The notes under the pieces are model-generated. The model saw only the letters and a program-made list of their open reading frames with translations. It was not told where the DNA came from and did not search any database. DNA of 64,000 nt from Bryobacterales bacterium (GTDB taxonomy: Bacteria; Acidobacteriota; Terriglobia; Bryobacterales; UBA6623). Made by a program: the position numbers and the translations under genes. The stretch is from NCBI GenBank assembly GCA_965248305.1, contig OZ252099.1, positions 1,009,981 to 1,073,980 of the forward strand, read 5' to 3'. Position 1 is the stretch's first letter. Every line of letters starts with the position of its first letter. Of the stretch, positions 10,373 through 19,033 are shown in pieces.

Positions 10373-11815
10373 TTAGGCGCCCCGCGTGACTGGCCCGCGC
10401 TCGAGCATGGATCGCATGTGGTCGAGCGCTCCGCTGTGCTCAGGATCCAACGCTAGGTTCGTGAACTCCCGCGGGTCATTCGAGTGGTCGTAGAGTTCTT
10501 CGCCGTCACCGTCGCCTTCCCAGCGGATGTAGCGATAGCGATCGGTTCGCACAGTGCGTCCGAAGATGCGGTCTTCCCATTGGACCTGCGAGAACGCCGC
10601 ATCTTTGACCGAACCCGCAGGATTGTCCAGTAGGGGTGCCAAGCTGACTCCATCCAGATTGCCGGGCGGCTCTAGGCCGCAAAGATCTGCCAAGGTCGGG
10701 TAGAAGTCGACGAACTCGACCAATGCCTTCGACGAGCGGCCGGCGCCGGCTGCTCCGGGCGCCGAAATGATCAGCGGCGCTTTCACCGACTCCTCCATCA
10801 AGCTCATCTTCTGCCAGTGGGTGTGCTCGCCAAGGTGCCAGCCGTGGTCACCGAAGAAGACCACGATGGTGCGGTCGGCAACGCCCAACCGCTCGAGCTC
10901 ATCGAGCACCCTACCGACCTGCTGGTCCATGAACGAGACAGATGCGTAGTACCCCCGCAACGCAATGCGCTGATGCTCCTCGCTCATCCCCATCTGGTGC
11001 CAGAGGAACGGTCGCAGGTTCTTGGCCGGGGCCGGGATGTCGTCAAGATCGTCGGGCGGGTTGGCAACCAGCTCGATGTCTTCCAATGGGTACATATCGA
11101 AGAAGCTCGACGGCGCGACGAACGGCACGTGGGGCCGTACCAAGCCGAGACCGAGGAAGAAGGGGCGATCAGCGGCAGATTGGAGTAAGTCGATTGCAGT
11201 GTCCGCGGCCGCGCTGTCGGCCTGGCCCGAAGCGTCGGCCGTTTGGACCCATTGCATCTTCAGGCCGTGACGCAGGTCGGGGTTGGGATCACCGCCTGGG
11301 CCGACACTCTCGTGCTCGTCCCCCGGAGGGCTGATCGAGACATCCCACGACGGCGGATCTTGGTGAGTCATCGTACCGACACCGCCAGGAACGCCCATAT
11401 GAAACATTTTTCCGACCCGCATCGAGCGCCAGCCGCTGTTCTTGAACATCTGCGGTAGGGTGACCGCATCGGGACGCGATGCGCGGAAATTTACGTTCGC
11501 GTTGGTCACCACTCCGGATGTGTCCGGACGCAAGCCGGTCATCAGGGAGGCACGGCTGGGGCCGCAGAACGGGAACTGGCAATAGGCGTTGTCGAAGCGC
11601 ACGCCCCGGGCGGCCAAGCGATCGATGTGCGGGGATTTGACGAGCGGGTGGCCGTAACAGCCGAGCGTCGACGTGAGATCGTCGGAGGCGATGAACAACA
11701 CGTTGAGCGGGACTTTGGGACGCGCACATGCACCAGCGGTAGCAGCCAGCGATGCCGCGAACTCACGTCGAGAGATCAGGGCGGGCATGGCCACCATTAT
11801 TCCCCGGGCCGCCAA
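10373..11815 (-). CDS. Sulfatase (type I, formylglycine-dependent; iduronate-2-sulfatase-like)
   Basis: 480-aa ORF with a Tat/Sec-like leader (SRREFAASLAATAGA). It has the NVLFIASDDL motif and the sulfatase signature CGPSRASLMTGLRPD (C-x-P-S-R). Confidence 0.85.
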   Translation of the reverse strand: MAARGIMVAMPALISRREFAASLAATAGACARPKVPLNVLFIASDDLTSTLGCYGHPLVKSPHIDRLAARGVRFDNAYCQFPFCGPSRASLMTGLRPDTSGVVTNANVNFRASRPDAVTLPQMFKNSGWRSMRVGKMFHMGVPGGVGTMTHQDPPSWDVSISPPGDEHESVGPGGDPNPDLRHGLKMQWVQTADASGQADSAAADTAIDLLQSAADRPFFLGLGLVRPHVPFVAPSSFFDMYPLEDIELVANPPDDLDDIPAPAKNLRPFLWHQMGMSEEHQRIALRGYYASVSFMDQQVGRVLDELERLGVADRTIVVFFGDHGWHLGEHTHWQKMSLMEESVKAPLIISAPGAAGAGRSSKALVEFVDFYPTLADLCGLEPPGNLDGVSLAPLLDNPAGSVKDAAFSQVQWEDRIFGRTVRTDRYRYIRWEGDGDGEELYDHSNDPREFTNLALDPEHSGALDHMRSMLERGPVTRGA

Positions 11816-12114
11816 ACGGCGCTAGTGTTAGCCGCGCGCGAAATCCTAGTTGACAAACTGCAAGGGTCTGGGTGGAACGGGATCAGGCGGGTAGGACTGC
11901 GCATGCCCAAGCCGGAGACGGCGGAAAGCGGGGCCAAAGCGAAAGTTTATTGCAAGGGCGCATCGATATTGGATGGTGTTTCGGGGCGACGTCCCGACTG
12001 CCGGTGAACCTGCAAGCGGCCTCGGACCTAATTCAGGCAGAGATCAAGGTGGGCTGCGAGGTCGCCGATGCGGGACGCCCCCGGGGAACCGGTGACTCGA
12101 TAGGATAGAGCGAA

Positions 12115-12910
12115 ATGCCGGTCCCCACATTCCAAGCGCTTATGTTGCCAGCGCTCAAAGCGCTATCGAATCGCAAGGAAACGCGTCTTTCCGAAGTGCG
12201 CGAGCGCGTCGCGGAATCCGAACGGCTCTCGCCCGATGATCTGCGGGAGATGCTGCCCAGCGGCAGTCAGCCGGTGTTTGCGAACCGCGTGAGTTGGGCC
12301 CTGTACTACATGTACCGCGCGGGGGTGCTAGAGCGTGTTCGACATGGCGTTTGGCGGCTGAACGAAGAAGGCGCAAAACTGCTCGCCAATCCGCCGTCCG
12401 AGATCGACACGAAATTCCTTGAACGGTATCCAAGCTACGTCGAGTGGAAGAAAGCCTCCAAGAGTGAGCCATCGACTGACGACGGCAGTGTGGATGCGGC
12501 CGGCGATTCGGCAGAAACGCCAGAAGAGGCTTTGGAGAAGGCTGCCCGCCGCATGCGCGAGACCATTGAAGCCGATGTGCTGGCTCGGGTGCGCGATGCG
12601 CCGCCAGCCTTCTTTGAACGAGTGGTTGTCGATCTGTTGATCGCTATGGGCTATGGCGGTGGCGACGCCGAGATGGGGCAAGTGACCGGACGTTCCGGTG
12701 ATGGCGGGATCGATGGCACGATTAAGGAAGATGCGCTTGGATTGGATGAGGTTTATGTTCAGGCGAAGAAGTATGCCGCAGGCAACACCGTGGGTGAAGG
12801 CGATTTGCGGAACTTCGCAGGGGCGCTAATCGCAACGGGCACGACCAAAGGTGTGTTCGCCACGACCACGAGTTTCATGAAGCAGGCGAAGACATATGTG
12901 GCAAGAATCA
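12115..12910 (+). pseudogene. mrr: mrr-type restriction endonuclease, 5' part (interrupted by IS at 12911)
   Basis: Mrr_N-like winged-helix N-terminus (MPVPTFQALMLPALKALSNRKETRLSEVRERVAE...ANRVSWALYYMYRAGVLERV). The Mrr catalytic core follows (FERVVVDLLIAMGYGG...GDGGIDGTIKEDALGLDEVYVQAKKY). The reading frame leaves Mrr-like sequence exactly at the IS terminal repeat. Confidence 0.85.
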
Positions 12911-12925
12911 CTACCGCGTCAGGAT

Positions 12926-14566
12926 TCAGTTAGAAACCAGTAGTTCCGGGGGCGTTTGAGAGTGGCTCGCGGGGGGTAGAGGCGGACGCAGCAGGGCGTC
13001 CTTCGCCCACGCCCGGTTCCGGCGACGCAGTTCCGCATTCCGGTTCGTTCGCAGCAAGCGGGGCGGTCCGATCGGTTCCTGACGATCCAGTTTGGCGAAG
13101 GCCCGGGGCAATTGGTCCAGCGTGCCGCACACCACCTGCACGTAGTCCGGATGCTTCAGGTTCGCTGCCAGGGCGACCTGGGCCGGCTGGTCCTCCAAGT
13201 CGCGCCCCAGATGGGTGCGGCCCAGCCGGCGGCGCAGGCCTTGTTTGGCGACCGCGAAGGACTGCTCGATCACGTTATTGGTACGATCGACGATCGCCAC
13301 GGCCCGGCCCGCCGCATCGCGGGCGACGGGATGGCCGACCAGGCCCTCGCCGTAGCGGTCCAGATAGCTGAGCACGATGGACTCGGGCTGGAACGACCCC
13401 AGCCCGTCGGTGGCCAGCCGGGCGGCGACCCGCTGGCGCAGGTCCTGGTGGTAGCGCTGGAAGTCAGCGGCGATGGCTTGCAGCCGGGCGGCGGCGGCCT
13501 CGGGCTGGAGCGGGGCGGAAGGGGCCGGCCGCGGCCCGCCCGGCAGTTCCTGGTCGGACAGGCGCAGCACGTCCCGCAACTCGCAGAACACCGTCCAGCC
13601 GCGCTCCAGACGGGAGCTGGCCCGGCCCTGCGGGTCCAGCCGCTCGAACTCGCCCAGGGCCTCGGCGGCCTGCCTCAGCAGGCGGAGCTCGGAGCGCGAG
13701 CGGGGCCGCGGCAGCCGGCGGTCCCGCTCGGCGGGGAACTGCCCGCAACGGCGCTGGAAGTCCCGGTGAGGCAGCGAGAAGGGATACGGCAGATGCTTGC
13801 GGCCCTCCGCTTCCAGGACCCACAGCAGCAGGGCGGGCAGGTCCGGGCGGAGGCTCTCGTCGGAACGGGCCGCCCGCAGCAACGCGCGCAAGCGGGAGCG
13901 CACCTTGCTGCGGGAGATCTGGCTGCGCAGCAGGGCGTAGCCGCCATCGAGCAGCCGGTGGCCGACGGCGGCGAGGAAATGGTACTGGCAGAGCAGGTCG
14001 GGGACGCCCCGCCGCCTGCAGCCGGCGACCGCTTTGGCCCCCGCCTGGCCCAGATCGCGCATGATCGCGACCGGGTCGCCGAAGGCGGCCACGGTGCGCT
14101 CGACGGCGGGGCGCAGTTCGCGTTCGTTCTCCGATCCGATGCGCACCGCGTGCAACACCCAGCCGGTCCAGCCGTCCAAACAGCGGAACGCGCCGCCGCG
14201 GCCCTTGTCACAGGTCGCGTCGATGTGCAGGGGATAGCCGTGGGGCAGGGCGGCCCGCAGGGCCGGGGCGCACTGCCAATGCAGAGCCTCCAGGGCCGCC
14301 AGGAAGCGATCGCACAGCGCGGAGACGGAACCGGCCGAAAGGGAGAGGCCCTGGCGGGCCAGGGCCGTGCGGATCTCCTCGCGCTGGAGGTGGCGCCGAT
14401 AGCGGGCCAGTCCGACCCACACGATCAGGTCCCAGCCGTAGCGCTGGCCGGACGGGGCCAGGCCGGCCAGTTGCTGCGAGACCGCGACCGGCCGGGAGGC
14501 GCAGTGCCGGCAGTGCTTGCGGATCTCGCGCGCCCGCAGCGTGCCGGCCGCCAGGGTGACCAGCAT
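12926..14566 (-). CDS. IS transposase, ORF2 (catalytic part; the frame is open further upstream without a start codon)
   Basis: 546-aa ORF with candidate DDE-type positions (LHIDATCDKG, IMRDLGQAG, LLCQYHFLAAV, TNNVIEQSFAVAKQGLRRRLG). A CxxC...CxxC zinc ribbon (CSHCGRPL...KHCRHCASRP) straddles the annotated ATG. Confidence 0.7.
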   Translation of the reverse strand: MLVTLAAGTLRAREIRKHCRHCASRPVAVSQQLAGLAPSGQRYGWDLIVWVGLARYRRHLQREEIRTALARQGLSLSAGSVSALCDRFLAALEALHWQCAPALRAALPHGYPLHIDATCDKGRGGAFRCLDGWTGWVLHAVRIGSENERELRPAVERTVAAFGDPVAIMRDLGQAGAKAVAGCRRRGVPDLLCQYHFLAAVGHRLLDGGYALLRSQISRSKVRSRLRALLRAARSDESLRPDLPALLLWVLEAEGRKHLPYPFSLPHRDFQRRCGQFPAERDRRLPRPRSRSELRLLRQAAEALGEFERLDPQGRASSRLERGWTVFCELRDVLRLSDQELPGGPRPAPSAPLQPEAAAARLQAIAADFQRYHQDLRQRVAARLATDGLGSFQPESIVLSYLDRYGEGLVGHPVARDAAGRAVAIVDRTNNVIEQSFAVAKQGLRRRLGRTHLGRDLEDQPAQVALAANLKHPDYVQVVCGTLDQLPRAFAKLDRQEPIGPPRLLRTNRNAELRRRNRAWAKDALLRPPLPPASHSQTPPELLVSN

Positions 14567-14727
14567 GCGGGTCTTGCTCTTCTGCGGGCTCAGGGGCCGG
14601 CCGCAGTGGGAGCACCGGTGCCGCTCGGCGACGAAATCGACACCCGGGGGAGCCCCGCCGACGAGCGTGGCACGGGCGATCCAGTCGCCGGACCAGCCCG
14701 CGTCGCGGGCCTGTTCCAGCAGCAGCG

Positions 14728-15408
14728 TCAGGAGGCAGTAGACCCCCCTTTTTCGCCGATCCGGTGGAGCTCGAAGCGCTCGAACACGGCCTGGACCTGC
14801 CCCAGCGGGACGGGCGGGGAGCGAGCCTGCAGGCGACGGGCCACCTGCCCGGGCCGGGAGCCGGGATGGCGGACCAGCACCAGCAGCACCGCGATGATGA
14901 TGGCCGGGTCCAGCGTGCCGGCCAGGTCGGCGGCCTGGCGGGCGTCGAGGCGCGTCTGGCGGGCGCGGCGCTGCCGGTCGGCGGTCGGGGGATCGGCCGA
15001 GAAATAGACGTAGACGCCGCCGAGGCGCTCGCGGAGGGCGCGCTGCTGGCGGACGGCGGCGAGCAGGAAGGGGTACACGGAGACGTGCAGGAGGTCGCGG
15101 AGTTCCTGGTCGGTGAAGCCGTCCTCGGATTCGCGGAGCAAGCGCTGGACGGTGGCGGTCAGGGAGCCATCGCGGGAGAAGTGGACGTCGCCGATGGAGA
15201 GCAGGCCGAAGCGGTCGAAGCGGGAAGGGTCGCGGTCGGTGTAGAAGCGGCCGTTGTGGTTATAGCTGTGTAGGTGGCGGACCTGGCGGAGGTAGCGGAA
15301 AGTGGTGCGTGGGGAGGCTTGGCCGAGAGCGGCTTGGAGCTGATCGAGGGTGACGGGGGAGGCGGAAGCCAGCAGGGGGACGAGCAGGTCGGGGGAGCGC
15401 GCGGGCAT
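14728..15408 (-). CDS. IS ORF1 (putative DNA-binding N-terminal part of the transposase)
   Basis: 226-aa ORF inside the IS. Its 3' end overlaps the -1 frame that continues into ORF2. I recognise no family. Confidence 0.55.
   Translation of the reverse strand: MPARSPDLLVPLLASASPVTLDQLQAALGQASPRTTFRYLRQVRHLHSYNHNGRFYTDRDPSRFDRFGLLSIGDVHFSRDGSLTATVQRLLRESEDGFTDQELRDLLHVSVYPFLLAAVRQQRALRERLGGVYVYFSADPPTADRQRRARQTRLDARQAADLAGTLDPAIIIAVLLVLVRHPGSRPGQVARRLQARSPPVPLGQVQAVFERFELHRIGEKGGSTAS
14743..14753 (-). other. A5G6 homopolymer run at the ORF1/ORF2 overlap; candidate -1 frameshift or indel site
   Basis: The minus strand reads GGC GAA AAA GGG GGG TCT in the ORF1 frame, and ORF2 is in the -1 frame. 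The distance from the ORF1 start to the ORF2 stop is 2483 nt (2 mod 3). Confidence 0.4.
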
Positions 15409-15619
15409 GATGGCATTGTATAACTTTCATATGCGAAAGCTACTTATACACCGCCACAATCAGGCCGGGAATCAGCACCAGAGGATGGGATTTCGCCCGA
15501 AATCAAGGGCTAACGGCCGGCCCGTACTGGGGAAATGGCAGAGTATACAGAACTTGGGTGGGTCTAACTCACGCTATATCAACAATTTCCCGATCCCTAA
15601 CCGAATTCTGACGCGGTAG

Positions 15620-15773
15620 AAGAATCAACACCAAGCGGATCGTCCTGATTGACGGCGAAGAACTGGCCCACCTGATGGTCCAGCACGACGTTGGCGTGCG
15701 CCCGCGGGATCAGGGCCGCCAGCAGGACTTTTACAAGATCAAGCGGATCGACGAGGACTACTTGGATCAGTAA
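15620..15773 (+). pseudogene. mrr: mrr restriction endonuclease, 3' part
   Basis: After the second copy of the target duplication the frame reads NTKRIVLIDGEELAHLMVQHDVGV...YKIKRIDEDYLDQ stop. This is the conserved Mrr C-terminus, and it is in frame with 12115-12910 once the IS is removed. Confidence 0.8.
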
Positions 15774-15788
15774 GTCCAGTATTTACAG

Positions 15789-16772
15789 CTACTTCCGCTG
15801 GGGTCCGGTCACGTCCCACCACTCTCCGCCGTTGCTGGTCTTAAGGACGCCTCCCTCTCCGCCGTAATACAGGGTAGGAGGCGTGGTCTTGGTGTCGAAG
15901 ACCAGCGTCCAAGTCCGGTTTGACCACTGCAGCCCCGCCGGCTGGAAGCTTTGTCCGCCATCGGTGCTCCGAAAGACTCCCTTGGTCGTCCCGGCATACA
16001 CGTGCTCGGGTCTGACCGGATCCACCGCTAATGCGAGCACTCGCTGTAGCAGCGGCACCTGTCCCGGCGTCCAGGTCCAGCCGCCATCCGTCGATCGATA
16101 TATGCCGGCGGGCGCGGTGGCCGCGTAGAGGATCTTGGAATCGACAGGATTGATCGCGATGGCCGTGACATCGATGTCGAACAAGCCGTCGGGATTCGCT
16201 TGCCAGTTCGCGCCGCCGTCTGTCGTTTTGTATATCCCATGCCAAGTCCCGGCATAGAGGGTATTCGGTGCCTTCGGATCCAGCACCAAGCCCCGCAGCG
16301 TCTTGTCAATCAGCCCTCTGTTCATCTCCCGCCACGTCTGCCCGCCGTCCAACGTCTTGAAAACGCCCCCGCCGTCGGTCCCGGCATAGACAATCTGCCC
16401 GTTGGTGGGGTCGATCGCTATGCCTCGGATTCTCGGGTTCCATATGCCGCTTGTGGCGGGTTGCCATGAAGCGGCACCATCAGCCGTTCGATAAATCCCC
16501 ATCTCATACGTGCCGACGTACAGTATGTCCGGGCGCGATTTGTCGATTGCGATGACCCGGGGAGACAGAGCCTCAAGGCCGGTGGAAGGCCAGTTGTCCT
16601 TGCCGCCCTGTGTTGTCTTGCAAAGCCCCTTTGCAGCGCCCGTGTAAATGATCATCGGATCGGAAGGGTGCAAGGCTATGGCCTGCGCATCGCCGCCCCC
16701 CGGAGAACCCATTTGAGCCGTGCCGGGCACTTGCCAACACGCCGCCGCCAGGACGAACAGCCAGCCCCGCAC
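15789..16772 (-). CDS. BNR/Asp-box repeat beta-propeller protein (sialidase-like or Ycf48-like fold)
   Basis: 327-aa ORF with a GTG start and a signal peptide (WLFVLAAACWQVPGTA). It has repeated Asp-box motifs SxDxGxxW (TADGAASW, TLDGGQTW, TTDGGANW, STDGGWTW, STDGGQSF, TSNGGEWW). Confidence 0.8.
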   Translation of the reverse strand: MRGWLFVLAAACWQVPGTAQMGSPGGGDAQAIALHPSDPMIIYTGAAKGLCKTTQGGKDNWPSTGLEALSPRVIAIDKSRPDILYVGTYEMGIYRTADGAASWQPATSGIWNPRIRGIAIDPTNGQIVYAGTDGGGVFKTLDGGQTWREMNRGLIDKTLRGLVLDPKAPNTLYAGTWHGIYKTTDGGANWQANPDGLFDIDVTAIAINPVDSKILYAATAPAGIYRSTDGGWTWTPGQVPLLQRVLALAVDPVRPEHVYAGTTKGVFRSTDGGQSFQPAGLQWSNRTWTLVFDTKTTPPTLYYGGEGGVLKTSNGGEWWDVTGPQRK

Positions 16773-18722
16773 CTAACGGCCCTCCGTCGGGGTCCAAGGA
16801 AACTCGTAGCTAGGAGTGGATGCGAAGCGCTCCAAGCCAATGCGCAATACGCCGCCCGCGCCGGGTTCGAGATCAACCTGGACATACCTGCTGTCGATGC
16901 TTACCGCCCGCTCTGCCGAGATTTCGTCCCCGGGTTGGGCCGCAGACACTTGGCCGGATCCCGCCGCTCGGTAGCTCACGGAAGTAATGCGGTGCTCGCC
17001 GTACGAGCCCCCTTGCACGATCATCCGGCGCTTCTCGAACAGGTTTGTGTTGACGATCTCCACCTCCGCCGAATCCCTGCCGATTCCGGTCACAAGTGCC
17101 GCGACTCCTTGCGGCAGGCCCGGTTGCCGCCGGTCTAGGTCGAAGTATCGAAGGTACGAATGCAGCATCTCGCCACGCTTGTGCACAGGCAGTCCACCAA
17201 TGGTCAGGCGGACGAGATTGTCGGTCGGCATGGGCTCGTGAGCCAGCCAATGCGCATCGAACCAAGTCTCCGGGTCACCGTGTTCATTCAGGATGCGCGC
17301 CAGCTTGGTCTCGATGAATCGCAGATCTGCTTGGAACGCCTCGATCGGAAACCTCGAATTGCGCCCATTCACAAAGTACGCCCAGCCTAGGTTCGGGTCT
17401 CGCGGTTCGCGTGCCTCCGCAGCGAACTGGCCGAGTCGCTCGATCTCGCGCCAATCCTCGTCGGACTGAGACATGTGCCACAGATGCACGTAGGGGTGGG
17501 GTTGCTCGCGGACGAAATGGTGCCAGCCGCGCGATTCGTCGTACCGGATGGGTACCATTGGCAGCCCCTCCCTGACTTCGCCACGCTCCCTCAGCACCGT
17601 CGCTTGGCTGCGAGGCAGCTGCAACCAGCGGTCTTCGCCGGTCAGCAGCAATGCCGCCTTGGCCGCGGTGAGCGTTGCGAGCACGATGTCCGTGCCGCCC
17701 CTGGGCCATTTCCAACCGTAGTAGCCGCCCCACCAGTTACCGCCCATGTGCTCGCCGACCCTGCCGCTCAGGCCCACGTTGTCGGGCGTGATCCCCCCGT
17801 TCTGCGTAGTGAGGTCCACCCACCTGCCGAGGTAGTCTGTGATCCATTGCCGGTATTTCTTGTCCCCGGTATACAGGAACGCGTTCGCGATCAGGGGGGC
17901 GGCCGTGAGGTTGATCGGCACGTCCCCTTTCGCCATGCGGTCGCTCATCGTCTGCACGATGCGGCCGAATTGGTCATCCCGGGGATTGTCGTTGATCCAG
18001 CCGGTGGGAGAATTCACGCCCGGAATGTCGTCAAAAGGCAGGGGGTAGTAGACCAGGTTCGCGTTGGTGGGTATCCAGTCGCGCTTCGTCCAGCGCATCT
18101 TCGGGCCTCGGCTGCCTGTCATCACGGCCCGCATCTGCTTGAGTTCGGGGTCGTAGTTCGGTGCTTCCGGATCCTCTCCGGTATACATTGCGGCGAAACG
18201 GACAGACCGCTCCCGGAACCGCTCGTCGTATGGGTCAGCCATGCCTAGCGGATAGAAGGACACGTAGCCCTCCCCGTGATGCATCCAGTCCCAATTACTG
18301 TCGAACTCCCGGTAGATCTGCCCGTAGCGTGCAAACTGGCGCGTGATGCCCTCCCAGACTTTGCGGTGCAGTTCGTCAAGCTTCCTCGATCCCCCGAGAA
18401 TGTGGTGCAGGGGAAACCCGCGGAATCCCTCGTAGGCGTCGTCGGAGGAGTTCATCCCGCCTTCGTAGCGTTCCTTCCAGCGCAGCGTCCCGTCGGGTTG
18501 TACATAGGTCTGATAGAATTCGACCCCGGCCCGATCCATGGTCTCGATCAGGTGCCGCTCTAGCACTGCCCAGCGTGGCGCCGGCTGCGGCGTGTCGACC
18601 TGTATGACGGGGATGCCCGACGACCGCGTATCGGCTGGGGAATCCACTTGGGCCAGCAGGCTGCCCAGCGCCACCAAGGCTGCGGCTGGCAGTAGCAGAC
18701 TCTGAAGTGATCTTCGCGCCAT
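16773..18722 (-). CDS. Secreted protein of unknown family (650 aa)
   Basis: The long ORF is trimmed here to the internal ATG, which gives MARRSLQSLLLPAAALVALGSLLAQ (signal peptide). GC3-rich codon usage runs throughout. The stop abuts the GTG start of the downstream BNR gene. I recognise no family motifs. Confidence 0.6.
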   Translation of the reverse strand: MARRSLQSLLLPAAALVALGSLLAQVDSPADTRSSGIPVIQVDTPQPAPRWAVLERHLIETMDRAGVEFYQTYVQPDGTLRWKERYEGGMNSSDDAYEGFRGFPLHHILGGSRKLDELHRKVWEGITRQFARYGQIYREFDSNWDWMHHGEGYVSFYPLGMADPYDERFRERSVRFAAMYTGEDPEAPNYDPELKQMRAVMTGSRGPKMRWTKRDWIPTNANLVYYPLPFDDIPGVNSPTGWINDNPRDDQFGRIVQTMSDRMAKGDVPINLTAAPLIANAFLYTGDKKYRQWITDYLGRWVDLTTQNGGITPDNVGLSGRVGEHMGGNWWGGYYGWKWPRGGTDIVLATLTAAKAALLLTGEDRWLQLPRSQATVLRERGEVREGLPMVPIRYDESRGWHHFVREQPHPYVHLWHMSQSDEDWREIERLGQFAAEAREPRDPNLGWAYFVNGRNSRFPIEAFQADLRFIETKLARILNEHGDPETWFDAHWLAHEPMPTDNLVRLTIGGLPVHKRGEMLHSYLRYFDLDRRQPGLPQGVAALVTGIGRDSAEVEIVNTNLFEKRRMIVQGGSYGEHRITSVSYRAAGSGQVSAAQPGDEISAERAVSIDSRYVQVDLEPGAGGVLRIGLERFASTPSYEFPWTPTEGR

Positions 18723-19033
18723 AGCGGCAGTTTTGCGATGCGGCTCTATGTCCTTCTGGCTACGCGTCAATCTGCTGATCGGCGCGCCGAGCGAGAGGCT
18801 CCGGTTGCACAGACGGGTCGAGTCGAACCAGTTTGACAGCAAGTGTAGCGAGGGTGCTCCGCGAAGGCCATGCTCTCTCGCACGAGCCGGTCCAGATGCG
18901 GCGTTTCGAAGCGAGCCCCAGGGTTGAATGCGCTGACGGCGCCGCAGTCTTGGTCACCGGTATAGATCAGCAGGGCGTTGGGCTGGCTGCCGCGATCAGC
19001 CGCGAATGCGGCCGGGGCGCTCGAGAACGACGC

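Larger units (their letters stand above)
12911..15619 (-). mobile_element. Insertion sequence, 2709 bp, two overlapping ORFs; unclassified (zinc-ribbon plus DDE layout reminiscent of ISL3-like elements)
   Basis: Imperfect terminal inverted repeats: CTACCGCGTCAGGATTCAGTTAG at 12911 and the reverse complement of 15597-15619, CTACCGCGTCAGAATTCGGTTAG (21 of 23 identical). The 8-bp direct target duplication AAGAATCA lies at 12903-12910 and 15620-15627. Removing the element and one duplicate restores an in-frame Mrr C-terminus. Confidence 0.85.
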
